Of a stretch of 51,553 nucleotides of DNA, positions 35,161-44,697 are shown one piece after another. The stretch lies in the NCBI GenBank assembly GCA_040389605.1, contig JAZJZU010000019.1, positions 1-51,553 of the forward strand. The letters are read 5' to 3'. The notes beneath the pieces were generated by a model, which was given only the letters and a program-made list of their open reading frames with translations, ran no database searches and was not told the origin of the DNA. Within the stretch, counting starts at the first letter, position 1; every line of letters starts with the position of its first letter. The translations under genes and the position numbers were made by a program. This DNA comes from Gemmatimonadota bacterium. Its GTDB lineage: Bacteria > Gemmatimonadota > Gemmatimonadetes > Gemmatimonadales > GWC2-71-9.

Positions 35161-37203
35161 TTACTGCGTCGCGTCGGCCAGGGCGTTGATGGAACCAGCC
35201 ATCGTGTGCGCCTTCTTCGAGTCGCTGGCGCTTGCCGCGGCCGTGTGCATCTCCGTGGCCAGCGCGTTTAGTGCCGACTTGCGTGCGCTGCCGCTGCTCT
35301 TCTCGGCGCTTGAGAGCCCCGCGCGAGCCGCGGCAATCTTGTCGGCCGCCATCCCGCCCGACCGCTCCAGCTGGTCGAGGTAGGCGCGCGTCAGGGAGAA
35401 GCTCGCGGGCCACACGAACTTCGGCTGCCCCTGCGCGTTCAGGTAATCGAGCTTCACCGACTTCGCCGCATCGATTTCGTTGCGCGACAGGAACGCGCTC
35501 GGCTGCAGTTCGAGGATGTCGAGTCCACGGCCGATTTCAGACGAAACCATCGCGCCGTTGTACCAGTACACCGACCACGACCCTGCGTTGCCCTGCCGGG
35601 TGCCATCGATCGGCCCGCGATCGAAGAACGCGATTTCCTTCGGGTGGTTGGCGTCAGTCCAGTCGAACACCGACAGCCCGCCCTGATACCAGGCCTGCAC
35701 CATCACGTCGCGGCCCGGGATCGGGATCAGCGAGCCGTTGTGCGCCACACAATTCTCCAGCGTGGTCTGTGCCGCCGGCATCTTGTAGTAGCTCTGCATC
35801 TGCATCTTGCGATTGTTCAGCGTGAAGATCGCGTCGGCACCCCATTCCATCTTGTCGGTGGCACGGCACTTCGGCTGGCCGCCGCCGCCCCACTCGTCGG
35901 AGAAGAGGATCTTGGTGCCCTCGTTGTTGAACGTCGCCGAATGCCAGTAGGAGAAGTTGGAGTCGGCGGCCGCGTCGATCCGCTTCGGGTTTGCCGGATC
36001 ACTGATGTCGAGCAGCAGGCCGTAGCCGCCGCAGGCACCACCCGCCAGGCCGATGGCCGGATAGACGGTGATGTCGTGGCACTGGTTCGGTCCGGTCGGG
36101 GCCGGGCGGGCGCCGCCGCGACCGCGCGGAGCGCCGGTCATCGTGGCGATCATATCGGGCAGGGCTGCGCGCAGTGCTGCGCTGTCCGCACCGGTCGGTC
36201 CGCCACTGCCACCGCGAGCCTTCACGATGCTGTCCAGCATCGGCCGGGTGAAGTTGGCCGGGAGCACCATCTCGTTCCCGCCGATCGTGGCGGTGAAGGC
36301 GCCCGATTTCTTGGCAGCGGCCAGCGCCGCGGCGCGAGCCGCCGCATCTGCCGCTCCTTCGCCGTGGGTCGGCGGTGCCGCAAGATCATTGAAGATGCGC
36401 GGCGACGCCACGATCGCGGCCTGCTCCGGGTGCGCCAACGGCACCTTGATCACTTCAATGCGGAACAAGGCCGAGTTGGGATCCTCGCTCGGGGCAAGCC
36501 GGGAGCAGCCGGGAAGCTCACTCGGTGAACGGACACTCGAGGAGCCCGAGATGTAGACGTACACATTCTCCTTGTCCTTCGGATCCACCAGCACCGTGTG
36601 CGTGTGCGAACCGCGGCAGGTCTGCACGTTGCCGACGTTCTTCGGATTGTTGATGTCGGTGATGTCGAAGATCCGGATGCCGCGCAGGCGGATCTTGCTC
36701 ACCGAGTCGGGCACGCCCTGGGCGCCGCAGTCGATCCGGCCCGTGAGGCCCTCGCCCGAAACGAACAGGAGGTTGCCGTACACCGAGACGTCGCTCTGGG
36801 AGGCCGGGCAGAAGTACGCCGTCTTCAAGGTCGGCTTCGTCAGGTTGGAGATGTCCCAGATCTGATAGCCGCTGTAGCTGCCCTGGATCGCCAGATTGCC
36901 CTTGAAGGCGAGGTCGGAATTGGTGGCCCCGACGAACTGGTCGCTCGGCGGCGTGTTCGAGAGGAGTCGCATATTCCACGACGCCTCGGCAGCCGGCTGC
37001 CCGATCACCATCTTGGTGCTGTCCTTCGTCCAGCGCACCATCGTGCCGGGGCGAAGACCCACACGCGGATCCGGCGAGGGCGCAGACATCGACATGTTGC
37101 TGGAGGCGGGCGCCGGCATGCTGCCGGCCGTCGAGGACGACGACGCACACGCCGCGAGGGCGAGGGTGCCGGTCACGAGCGTGGCACGATACAGGAGTGT
37201 CAT
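35161..37203 (-). CDS. large beta-propeller lipoprotein (LVIVD-repeat-like) with a helical C-terminal tail
   Basis: ATG 37203 gives the signal peptide with lipobox MTLLYRATLVTGTLALAAC. It has repeated units of the type AFKGNLAIQGSYSGYQIWDISN, YGNLLFVSGEG and IRIFDITDINNP. An alternative GTG at 37257 overlaps the DUF305 stop. Confidence 0.72.
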   Translation of the reverse strand: MTLLYRATLVTGTLALAACASSSSTAGSMPAPASSNMSMSAPSPDPRVGLRPGTMVRWTKDSTKMVIGQPAAEASWNMRLLSNTPPSDQFVGATNSDLAFKGNLAIQGSYSGYQIWDISNLTKPTLKTAYFCPASQSDVSVYGNLLFVSGEGLTGRIDCGAQGVPDSVSKIRLRGIRIFDITDINNPKNVGNVQTCRGSHTHTVLVDPKDKENVYVYISGSSSVRSPSELPGCSRLAPSEDPNSALFRIEVIKVPLAHPEQAAIVASPRIFNDLAAPPTHGEGAADAAARAAALAAAKKSGAFTATIGGNEMVLPANFTRPMLDSIVKARGGSGGPTGADSAALRAALPDMIATMTGAPRGRGGARPAPTGPNQCHDITVYPAIGLAGGACGGYGLLLDISDPANPKRIDAAADSNFSYWHSATFNNEGTKILFSDEWGGGGQPKCRATDKMEWGADAIFTLNNRKMQMQSYYKMPAAQTTLENCVAHNGSLIPIPGRDVMVQAWYQGGLSVFDWTDANHPKEIAFFDRGPIDGTRQGNAGSWSVYWYNGAMVSSEIGRGLDILELQPSAFLSRNEIDAAKSVKLDYLNAQGQPKFVWPASFSLTRAYLDQLERSGGMAADKIAAARAGLSSAEKSSGSARKSALNALATEMHTAAASASDSKKAHTMAGSINALADATQ

Positions 37204-37253
37204 TGATGCTTCCGGTGAAGGGACGGTGAGAAGAAAACGCGGCATCGGACGGG

Positions 37254-37895
37254 TCACGGCGCGGTCTGCGCCGGCGGAAGAGTGTCGAGCATCTTGTGCA
37301 TCCGATCAATCTCGGAGCCCTGATCGGCGTTCACGTCATTCGCAAACTTGAACACGATTTCATCCTGCGCGCCGCCGTAGCTCCCGAAGAGCTTGTCGAC
37401 CATCGTCAGCGCGCCGGTGTGGTGCTGGATCATATAGGTCAGGAAGAGACGATCGAATTCCACGCCTCGTGCGGCATCGAGCTGCGCCATCTGCTCGTCC
37501 GTCAGCATACCGGGCATCAGCATCGTGTGCTCCATCCCGTTCATCTTCATCTTCATTCCGTGCGCGTTGCGATCGGGAATCGGAATGTTGTGGTCGCGCA
37601 GCCAGCGTTCCATCGTCGCGATTTCGTCTTCCTGCGCGTTGATGATTCGCGCGGCCATGATCTGCAAGGAGGGGCTGGCTCCGTGCGTCGGCGCCCACTT
37701 CGACATCGTGATCGCCTGCGCGTGGTGGCCGATCATCCCGGTCATGAATTCCAGGTCGGGGGCGGCGGGGGGCGGCAGCGCCGGACGAGACGACACTGGA
37801 GCGGGTGCGGGCGAAACCGGTGCGGCGTGCGAGCAGGCCGCAGTGGCGAGCGCCCAGCAGAGGGCGGCGCGACAGCGCGGAGACGGAAGCATCAT
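37254..37895 (-). CDS. DUF305-family (ferritin-like four-helix, metal/copper-stress-associated) lipoprotein
   Basis: 213 aa with lipobox ALATAAC. The duplicated DUF305 motifs are FMTGMIGHHAQAITM and FLTYMIQHHTGALTM. Confidence 0.85.
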   Translation of the reverse strand: MMLPSPRCRAALCWALATAACSHAAPVSPAPAPVSSRPALPPPAAPDLEFMTGMIGHHAQAITMSKWAPTHGASPSLQIMAARIINAQEDEIATMERWLRDHNIPIPDRNAHGMKMKMNGMEHTMLMPGMLTDEQMAQLDAARGVEFDRLFLTYMIQHHTGALTMVDKLFGSYGGAQDEIVFKFANDVNADQGSEIDRMHKMLDTLPPAQTAP

Positions 37896-38036
37896 GGATT
37901 CCTGACCTTGGGTTGGGCGGTGCGGGATGCTTCATATTACGGCCACTCTCCAGCGGGTGCCAACTTTCGGGCGCCGGTCATCCATCCAGACCCTGTCCTC
38001 ACTTCCCCGTTCGGGGCGCCCCGGAACCCGAAAGGG

Positions 38037-38069
38037 TTGACTTTTATTACTACGACTGTAGATCTACGG
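38037..38069 (+). promoter_or_regulatory. candidate promoter/operator in the divergent region between the DUF305 and DUF5916 genes
   Basis: TTGACT (38037-38042), a 16-nt spacer, then TAGATC. This overlaps a perfect 10-bp palindrome GTAGATCTAC (38058-38067), which is flanked by CTGTAG...CTGTAG direct repeats. Confidence 0.3.
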
Positions 38070-38171
38070 CTGTAGTTTCGACCTGCACCCGCCACTCCCG
38101 GGTCGGTCGCCCTGCAACCATTCGACAACTACGGGTGTCGAAGCACTACATCATTTCCGACGGAGCCCTAC

Positions 38172-40691
38172 GTGCTGATCCCCCTCGGCTTGCTGCTCGC
38201 CGCCCAGGTGCAGACACCCCAGTCCCTTCCGGCCGCTCCCCCGTCGGTACGTGCCGTCCGGGCCGACCGGCCGCCGCTCCTCGACGGAAGGGGCGACGAA
38301 CCGGCCTGGCAGCTCGCCACGCCGGTCAGCCAGTTCCTCGAGGCACGTCCCTCCGAGGGTGCAGCGCCAATGCAGGCCACCGAGTTCCGCGTGCTCTACG
38401 ACGAACGGAATCTCTACGTCCTGGTTCACGCCTTCGACACCAGGCCCGACAGCATTGTGGGATTGCTCTCGCGTCGCGACGACCAGACGGCCTCTGACCA
38501 GTTGACGGTGCTGATCGACTCCTACCACGACCGCCGCACTGGCTTCGAGTTCACCGTGAACCCCGCAGGCGTGAAAGCCGACTACGCCATCTTCAACGAC
38601 GGCGACGAAGACCCCGCGTGGGATGGTGTCTGGGACGTCGCAACCAGCATCGATGCGACGGGATGGACGGCCGAATTCCGGATTCCCTTTTCGCAACTCC
38701 GCTTCGCGCCGGAACCGAGCGTGACCTTTGGGTTCGCCGTAACGCGCGCGATCCAGCGCCACACGGCAATGGTCACCTGGCCGCTGCAACGGCGCTCACG
38801 GCCCGGGTTCGTGTCGCAGTTCGGCGTCCTGACCGGACTCGAACAACTGGCCACGCCGCGCCGGGCCGAACTCGCGCCCTACCTGGTCACTCGGAACGAG
38901 CCGCGACCCACTGGCATCGGCATCGATCGCCGGCAGGCGCTCTCCGTGGGCGGCGACCTCAAATACGCGGTCGCATCCAACCTCACGCTCAACGCGACCG
39001 TGAATCCGGACTTCGGTCAGGTCGAGGCCGATCCTGCCGAATTGAACCTCTCCGCCTTCGAAACCTTCTTCAGCGAACGGCGACCCTTCTTCGTCGAGGG
39101 AAAAGGGTTGTTCACGATGAACCTGAATTGCTTTGTGGTGGTCGACTGCCAGACGGGCGAAGGGCTGTTCTATTCCCGGCGCATCGGCCGATCGCCGCAA
39201 CTCGCTGGTCGCTACGGCGACGTGACGTCCCCAACGTCCACCCGGATCCTCGGTGCCGCAAAGCTGACCGGTCGGCTCCCGGGCGGATTGTCGGTTGGCG
39301 TAGTGGATGCGTTCACGGATCGCGTCGATGGCCCGGCAGGCCGGACCCTTGAGCCCTCCACCAACTATGCCGTGGTGCGGGCCAACCAGGACTTCACCGG
39401 AGGGCGGACGAGCATCGGCGTGATGCTGACTGGCGTCAATCGCTCACTCGACGCTTCCACGGAAGATTTCCTCCATCGCTCGGCCAATGTGCTCGGCGTC
39501 GATGCGCGCCACCGGTTCGGGCGCTTCGAGGTATCAGGCTCCGTGGCGGAGAGTCGCGTGGCCGGGAGTGCCGAGGCGATCGCGGCCACCCAGCGCTCGC
39601 CGGTGCATTATTTCCAGCGTCCCGATGACGACCTTGCCTATGATCCCACTCGTACCTCCCTCACCGGCCACTCCGAGGAGTTCCGGTTCGCGAAGGTCGG
39701 CGGGCAGCGGACGCATTTCGAGACCGGATACGGTCGCAAGTCGGCGGGGTTCGAGGTCAACGATCTCGGCTTCCTGCAACAGGCCGACAAGGTCAGCTGG
39801 ACCAACTGGTTCGCCCTGCAGTTCAACAAGCCGAACCGTGTCTACCAGCGGCTGAACTGGAACTTCAACTACTGGCACTACTGGACCACCGGTGGGCTGA
39901 CCACCGACAATGCCTTCAACACCAACGTGCACACGCAGCTCACGAACCGCTGGTGGTTCCATCTCGGTGGCACCCTGGGCTCACTCGGCGATGTCTACTG
40001 CGATCACGACTGTACTCGCGGCGGGCCTGCACTCCGCGTGGAGCCCTACTTTGCCCCCTGGGGCGGAATCCAGGGCGACGACCGCAATCGCATCGTGCCG
40101 GGCATCTGGTTCAACTACTCGCGCACCGACGGCGGACGCACCCACCGCTTCAACCTCTCTCCCTCGGTCACGATCAAGCTGAGTTCGCAGTTCTCGAGTT
40201 CGATCGGGGTGGATCGCACCATTCGCACCGACGATACCCAGTGGTTCGGCAATTTCACCGACGCGCAGGGCACGACGCATTACACCTTCGCGCATCTCGA
40301 TCAGCGGACGCTGGGAATGACCTGGCGATTGAACTACACCTTCTCGCCCACGGCCTCCCTTCAGCTCTACGCCAATCCGTATGTCTCGAAGGGGACCTAC
40401 ACGAATGTCCGTGAACTGCGCGACCCGCGCGCGGCACAGTACGATGATCGCTTCCAGGCCTATGCCTACGGCGATGCGGGCGGGTTCAACTTCAAGCAGT
40501 TCCGGTCCAACGCCGTCTTCCGGTGGGAATACCGCCCGGGCTCGACCCTCTTCGTGGTCTGGAGCCAGGGCCGCGAGGGGTACCGGCCGCTCGAGGGCGG
40601 CGAATCATTCGGGGGCGACCTCGATCAACTCTTCTCCCAGCGAGCCAACGACACCTTCCTCGTGAAGCTGTCCTACTGGCTGAATCGCTGA
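38172..40691 (+). CDS. CBM9-like/DOMON-like domain plus DUF5916 outer-membrane beta-barrel protein
   Basis: 839 aa. The N-terminus (IDGRGDEPAWQLA...FRVLYDERNLYVLVHAFD) is CBM9-like. A long alternating beta-strand region follows, ending LSYWLNR. GTG start. Confidence 0.78.
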   Translation: MLIPLGLLLAAQVQTPQSLPAAPPSVRAVRADRPPLLDGRGDEPAWQLATPVSQFLEARPSEGAAPMQATEFRVLYDERNLYVLVHAFDTRPDSIVGLLSRRDDQTASDQLTVLIDSYHDRRTGFEFTVNPAGVKADYAIFNDGDEDPAWDGVWDVATSIDATGWTAEFRIPFSQLRFAPEPSVTFGFAVTRAIQRHTAMVTWPLQRRSRPGFVSQFGVLTGLEQLATPRRAELAPYLVTRNEPRPTGIGIDRRQALSVGGDLKYAVASNLTLNATVNPDFGQVEADPAELNLSAFETFFSERRPFFVEGKGLFTMNLNCFVVVDCQTGEGLFYSRRIGRSPQLAGRYGDVTSPTSTRILGAAKLTGRLPGGLSVGVVDAFTDRVDGPAGRTLEPSTNYAVVRANQDFTGGRTSIGVMLTGVNRSLDASTEDFLHRSANVLGVDARHRFGRFEVSGSVAESRVAGSAEAIAATQRSPVHYFQRPDDDLAYDPTRTSLTGHSEEFRFAKVGGQRTHFETGYGRKSAGFEVNDLGFLQQADKVSWTNWFALQFNKPNRVYQRLNWNFNYWHYWTTGGLTTDNAFNTNVHTQLTNRWWFHLGGTLGSLGDVYCDHDCTRGGPALRVEPYFAPWGGIQGDDRNRIVPGIWFNYSRTDGGRTHRFNLSPSVTIKLSSQFSSSIGVDRTIRTDDTQWFGNFTDAQGTTHYTFAHLDQRTLGMTWRLNYTFSPTASLQLYANPYVSKGTYTNVRELRDPRAAQYDDRFQAYAYGDAGGFNFKQFRSNAVFRWEYRPGSTLFVVWSQGREGYRPLEGGESFGGDLDQLFSQRANDTFLVKLSYWLNR

Positions 40692-40710
40692 CCCGATCGG
40701 GGCCAGCCGC

Positions 40711-43149
40711 CTAGCTGGCCCTGAGTGACTCCCCCGGGTCGATGCGCGAGGCCCGGAGGGCGGGCAGCCAGCTGGCGGTGATGCCAACCATCGCCATCAG
40801 CAGGATCACGGTGAGAAGCGTCACGGGATCGTAGGGTTCCACGCCAAAGAGCAATCCGCGCATCACGCGCGCGAGGAACAGCGATCCCAGCACGCCGAGT
40901 GCGAGTCCTGCGCCGATCAGGACACCCCCCTCACCGAGAATCATCCGCTGCACGCGTGATGCATCGGCCCCGAGACTCATCCGGATTCCGATCTCGTTGG
41001 TGCGGGCACTCACGGAGAATGCCAGCACGCCTGCGATGCCGATCGCGGCCACGATCAGCGCGAGCAGGCCAAAAGAACTCACCAGCACGGCATTCAGGCG
41101 GCGCGGGGCCACGCTCTCATCGCGGATCTGGTCGAGCGTGAGCAGCTTCTCCACCGGTTGCTGCGGAGCCACCGCGCGCAGGGTGCGCAACGCCGCCGGC
41201 CCCAACGCGGCCACGTCCCCGCGAGCCCGGATGACAAAGCCTCCCGTCGGGAAGTCTCCCTGAGAAAACGGAATGAAGAGCGCCGGCATCGCCGCGCCGT
41301 CGAGTCCACCATCGCGGGTATTGCCCACCACACCCACGACGGTCCGCCATTCATCAGAGACACCAATGAACTTCAGGACCTCGCCAGTCCACGCCACGTG
41401 CCGGCCAATCGGATCCTTGCCCGGAAAGAGCAGGTCGGCGAGGGTCTTGTTGATCACCACGACCTTCGCGGACGTGGCGTTGTCGGTGGCCGCAAATGGT
41501 CGCCCGGCGAGCAGCGGAATCCCCGCCGCCGAGAAGTACTCCGGCCCGGCGGTGCGGTACTCCGACTGCGGAGCGGGCTCACCCGGTGCAATCGCGCGCC
41601 CTTCGCCCTTGACATCGAGGAAGATGCCGGCCGTCCGCAATGGAATGGTGGAGCCGAGCCCCACTTGCTCCACCCCCGGGATGGCGGCGAGTTCCTGGCG
41701 CATCCGTTCGTACTGGGCGACAGCGGTCGGGTTGTCACTGCCGCCGAAATCGCGGGGAACCTCGACCGTCAACATCTTGTCGGTGGTCAGCCCCGTGTCG
41801 ACGTCGGCAAGCCGCTGCATCGTGCGCGTGAGCAGCCCGGCGCCGGTGAGCAGCACCACCGATACCGCGACCTGCGCAATCACCAACCCCTGCTGCAGGC
41901 GCTGGCGTCGCTGCCCGCCGTTCGAACGGCGAGCCCCGGCACTGAGGGCGGCGCCGAGCTCGCCCTCCCGCGTCAGTCGTGGCGCAAAGGAGAGCAGGAC
42001 GGCCACCAGCAGTACCAGGAGGAGCGTGAAGCCGAGCACCACACCGTCGATCCGGATTTCGTCGGCCCGGGCACTGTAGCGCGCGGCGAAGACACTGAGC
42101 ATTCCCACGCCCGCGTATGCGAGGATCAGTCCCAGGACACCGCCGAACGCTGCCAGCAACAGGTTCTCGACCAGCAGCAGGCGCCGCAGCCGAGAGGCGC
42201 CAGCGCCGAGGGCCGCACGGACCACGAGTTCGTGCTCGCGTCGCACGGCGCGCATCAGGGTGAGGTTGGTCACATTGGCGCAGGCGATCACCAGCACGAA
42301 CGCAGCGGCACCCATCAGCAGCCAGAGTGTCGTGCGCGCCTTTTCACCCAGGACTTCCTGAAACGGGGTGAGCGTGACGCGATATCCCGACGCCGCATCG
42401 TAGGCCTCGGGATGATCGGCGTGCGCCGTGGCCGTGATCCGTGCCACCTCGGCGCGCGCTGCCTCCACTGTGGCCCCGGGGGCAAGACGGGCAATCATCT
42501 GCGTCATTCGATGCGTACGTCCCGTCACCATCATCGCGCTGAGGTGATGCTCGCTGTTCACCATATTCATCAGCGCATCGATCCGTGCCGGGAAATTGGG
42601 AGCAGGCTGCAGAACGCCTACCACCGTCACCGACTTGCCACCGACCCGGAGCGACTTGCCGACGATGCTCGAGTCGCCATTGAAGCGCTTGAGCCAGAAG
42701 TCGTGCGTGAGGATCATCACCGGCGCCGCGCTGCGGCCGTCATCTCCTGCGTCGAACGCACGCCCCAGGATCGGCGTGAGCCCCATCACGGAGAAGTAGT
42801 TGCCGGTGACCAGTCCGGCATCGATCCGGGTGGCATCCGTTTCGCCCAGCATCGTGAAGGTGATGGGTGAATATTCGGCGATCCCGCCGAGCGTTCTGGA
42901 TGCTTCGCGGAAATCATTGATTTCGGGAACCGAAAACGCCACATCTTCCCGGCCCGGACCAGTGGCCGACTGCTTCAGGTACATCAGCCGGTCGCCGTCG
43001 CGGTGTGGAAGCGGTCGGAGCATTACGCCGCGGATGACCGAGAAAATGGCGGTGTTGGCACCGATGCCCAGACCGAGCGTGACCACGACGGCGAGGGCAA
43101 AGCCGCGGGCCCGCGACAGGGAATACAGCGCGTAACGGAAAGCCGACAT
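40711..43149 (-). CDS. ADOP-type duplicated MacB/FtsX-family ABC transporter permease
   Basis: 812 aa. Two units of MacB periplasmic domain plus FtsX 4-TM (ANTAIFSVIRGVMLRPLP..., IGIRMSLGA...). The N-terminus (MSAFRYALYSLSRARGFA) is typical of the acidobacterial duplicated orphan permease family. Confidence 0.9.
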   Translation of the reverse strand: MSAFRYALYSLSRARGFALAVVVTLGLGIGANTAIFSVIRGVMLRPLPHRDGDRLMYLKQSATGPGREDVAFSVPEINDFREASRTLGGIAEYSPITFTMLGETDATRIDAGLVTGNYFSVMGLTPILGRAFDAGDDGRSAAPVMILTHDFWLKRFNGDSSIVGKSLRVGGKSVTVVGVLQPAPNFPARIDALMNMVNSEHHLSAMMVTGRTHRMTQMIARLAPGATVEAARAEVARITATAHADHPEAYDAASGYRVTLTPFQEVLGEKARTTLWLLMGAAAFVLVIACANVTNLTLMRAVRREHELVVRAALGAGASRLRRLLLVENLLLAAFGGVLGLILAYAGVGMLSVFAARYSARADEIRIDGVVLGFTLLLVLLVAVLLSFAPRLTREGELGAALSAGARRSNGGQRRQRLQQGLVIAQVAVSVVLLTGAGLLTRTMQRLADVDTGLTTDKMLTVEVPRDFGGSDNPTAVAQYERMRQELAAIPGVEQVGLGSTIPLRTAGIFLDVKGEGRAIAPGEPAPQSEYRTAGPEYFSAAGIPLLAGRPFAATDNATSAKVVVINKTLADLLFPGKDPIGRHVAWTGEVLKFIGVSDEWRTVVGVVGNTRDGGLDGAAMPALFIPFSQGDFPTGGFVIRARGDVAALGPAALRTLRAVAPQQPVEKLLTLDQIRDESVAPRRLNAVLVSSFGLLALIVAAIGIAGVLAFSVSARTNEIGIRMSLGADASRVQRMILGEGGVLIGAGLALGVLGSLFLARVMRGLLFGVEPYDPVTLLTVILLMAMVGITASWLPALRASRIDPGESLRAS

Positions 43150-43287
43150 CGGGATGGTCCCTCAGTCCTGTGCAAGTGATGCAGCGGTTCGAATGCTCCG
43201 GGTGCGACAAAGGTACGGCGGGACCCCTTCCAGAGCCACCGGGGCAGTGGCTATGCTATTCCTGCCCTCTTCCCGGAGCCGGACTCG

Positions 43288-44403
43288 ATGCCTGGCGTTC
43301 GCCTGCTGGTCGGTACCCGCAAGGGTGCCTTCGTGATCACCTCGGATGAAAAGCGTGAGAAGTGGGACGTGGCCGGCCCGCACTTTCCGGGCTGGGAGGT
43401 GTATCACGTCAAGGGATGCCCGACCAATCCCGACCGGATCTATGCCTCGCAGTCCAGCGCCTGGTTCGGACAGCTGATCCAGCGTTCCGATGATGGCGGC
43501 AAGAGCTGGAACCCGGTTGGCAACCAGTTCACCTACGACGGGGAGCCGGGTACACACCAGTGGTACGATGGCACCCCGCATCCGTGGGAATTCAAGCGTG
43601 TCTGGCACCTCGAACCGTCGCTCACGGATCCCGATACGGTCTACGCGGGGGTGGAAGACGCGGCGCTCTTCCGCTCGACCGATGGCGGCGCGACCTGGGC
43701 GGAGCTCCCCGGCCTGCGCAAGCACGGCACGGGGCCGCAGTGGGCCCCCGGCGCAGGGGGAATGTGCCTCCACACGATCATCCTCGACCCGGCGAACCCC
43801 GAACGCATCTATATCGCGATCTCGGCCGCTGGCGCGTTCCGGAGCGACGATGGCGGCGCCAGCTGGCACACGATCACCCGGGGTCTCAATTCGCTCTACA
43901 TCCCGAACCCGACCGCCGAGGTCGGGCATTGTGTTCACCATATGGCGATGCATCCGTCCAGGCCGGGCGTGCTCTATATGCAGAAGCACTGGGATGTGAT
44001 GCGCAGCGATGACAGCGGCGACCTCTGGCGCGAAGTGAGTGGCAACCTGCCGAGCGACTTCGGGTTCGTCATCGATGTGCACGCGCACGAACCGGAGACG
44101 ATTTATGTCGTCCCGATCAAGAGCGACGCGGAGCACTATCCCCCCGATGGCAAGCTCAGGGTTTACCGGAGCCGGAGCGGCGGAAATGAGTGGGAGGCAC
44201 TGACGCACGGACTGCCGCAATCCGATTGCTACGTCAACGTGCTGCGCGACGCGATGAGCGTCGATGCTCTCGAGACGTGCGGAGTCTACTTCGGCACCAC
44301 CGGCGGGCAGGTGTATGGCTCACGGGATGCGGGCGACCACTGGGAGGCCATCGTCCGGGATCTGCCAGCGGTGCTCTCGGTCGAGGCACAGACGCTGCCG
44401 TGA
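43288..44403 (+). CDS. cytoplasmic BNR/Asp-box beta-propeller protein (sialidase-fold, Ycf48-like)
   Basis: 371 aa with no signal peptide. Asp-boxes: [54 protein letters not shown]. Confidence 0.85.
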   Translation: MPGVRLLVGTRKGAFVITSDEKREKWDVAGPHFPGWEVYHVKGCPTNPDRIYASQSSAWFGQLIQRSDDGGKSWNPVGNQFTYDGEPGTHQWYDGTPHPWEFKRVWHLEPSLTDPDTVYAGVEDAALFRSTDGGATWAELPGLRKHGTGPQWAPGAGGMCLHTIILDPANPERIYIAISAAGAFRSDDGGASWHTITRGLNSLYIPNPTAEVGHCVHHMAMHPSRPGVLYMQKHWDVMRSDDSGDLWREVSGNLPSDFGFVIDVHAHEPETIYVVPIKSDAEHYPPDGKLRVYRSRSGGNEWEALTHGLPQSDCYVNVLRDAMSVDALETCGVYFGTTGGQVYGSRDAGDHWEAIVRDLPAVLSVEAQTLP

Positions 44404-44696
44404 TTCGCGTCCAGCTACCGGCGCCGTTGCTGGCATTGGCGCGACTCGAAGGCGAGCTCGCCATCGACATCGACGGCCCGGCCTCTCCCGCTCTCGTCCT
44501 CGATGCGATCGAGGCGCGCTATCCCATGCTGCGCGGCACGGTTCGCGATGGCGTCACCGGCAAGCGGCGGGCATTCGTCCGCTACTATGCCTGCGAGCGG
44601 GACATCTCCCACGATCCCGCCACGACACCGTTTCCCCCAGCTGTGCAGCGGGGAGAAGAGCCATTCCTGGTCATCGGAGCGATGTCGGGGGGCTGA
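44400..44696 (+). CDS. MoaD/ThiS-like ubiquitin-fold (beta-grasp) protein ending in Gly-Gly
   Basis: The GTG at 44400 overlaps the BNR stop (GTGA). 98 aa: [10 protein letters not shown]...[12 protein letters not shown]-stop. The length, the hydrophobic pattern and the C-terminal GG match MoaD/ThiS sulfur carriers. Confidence 0.72.
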   Translation: MIRVQLPAPLLALARLEGELAIDIDGPASPALVLDAIEARYPMLRGTVRDGVTGKRRAFVRYYACERDISHDPATTPFPPAVQRGEEPFLVIGAMSGG

Positions 44697-44697
44697 T

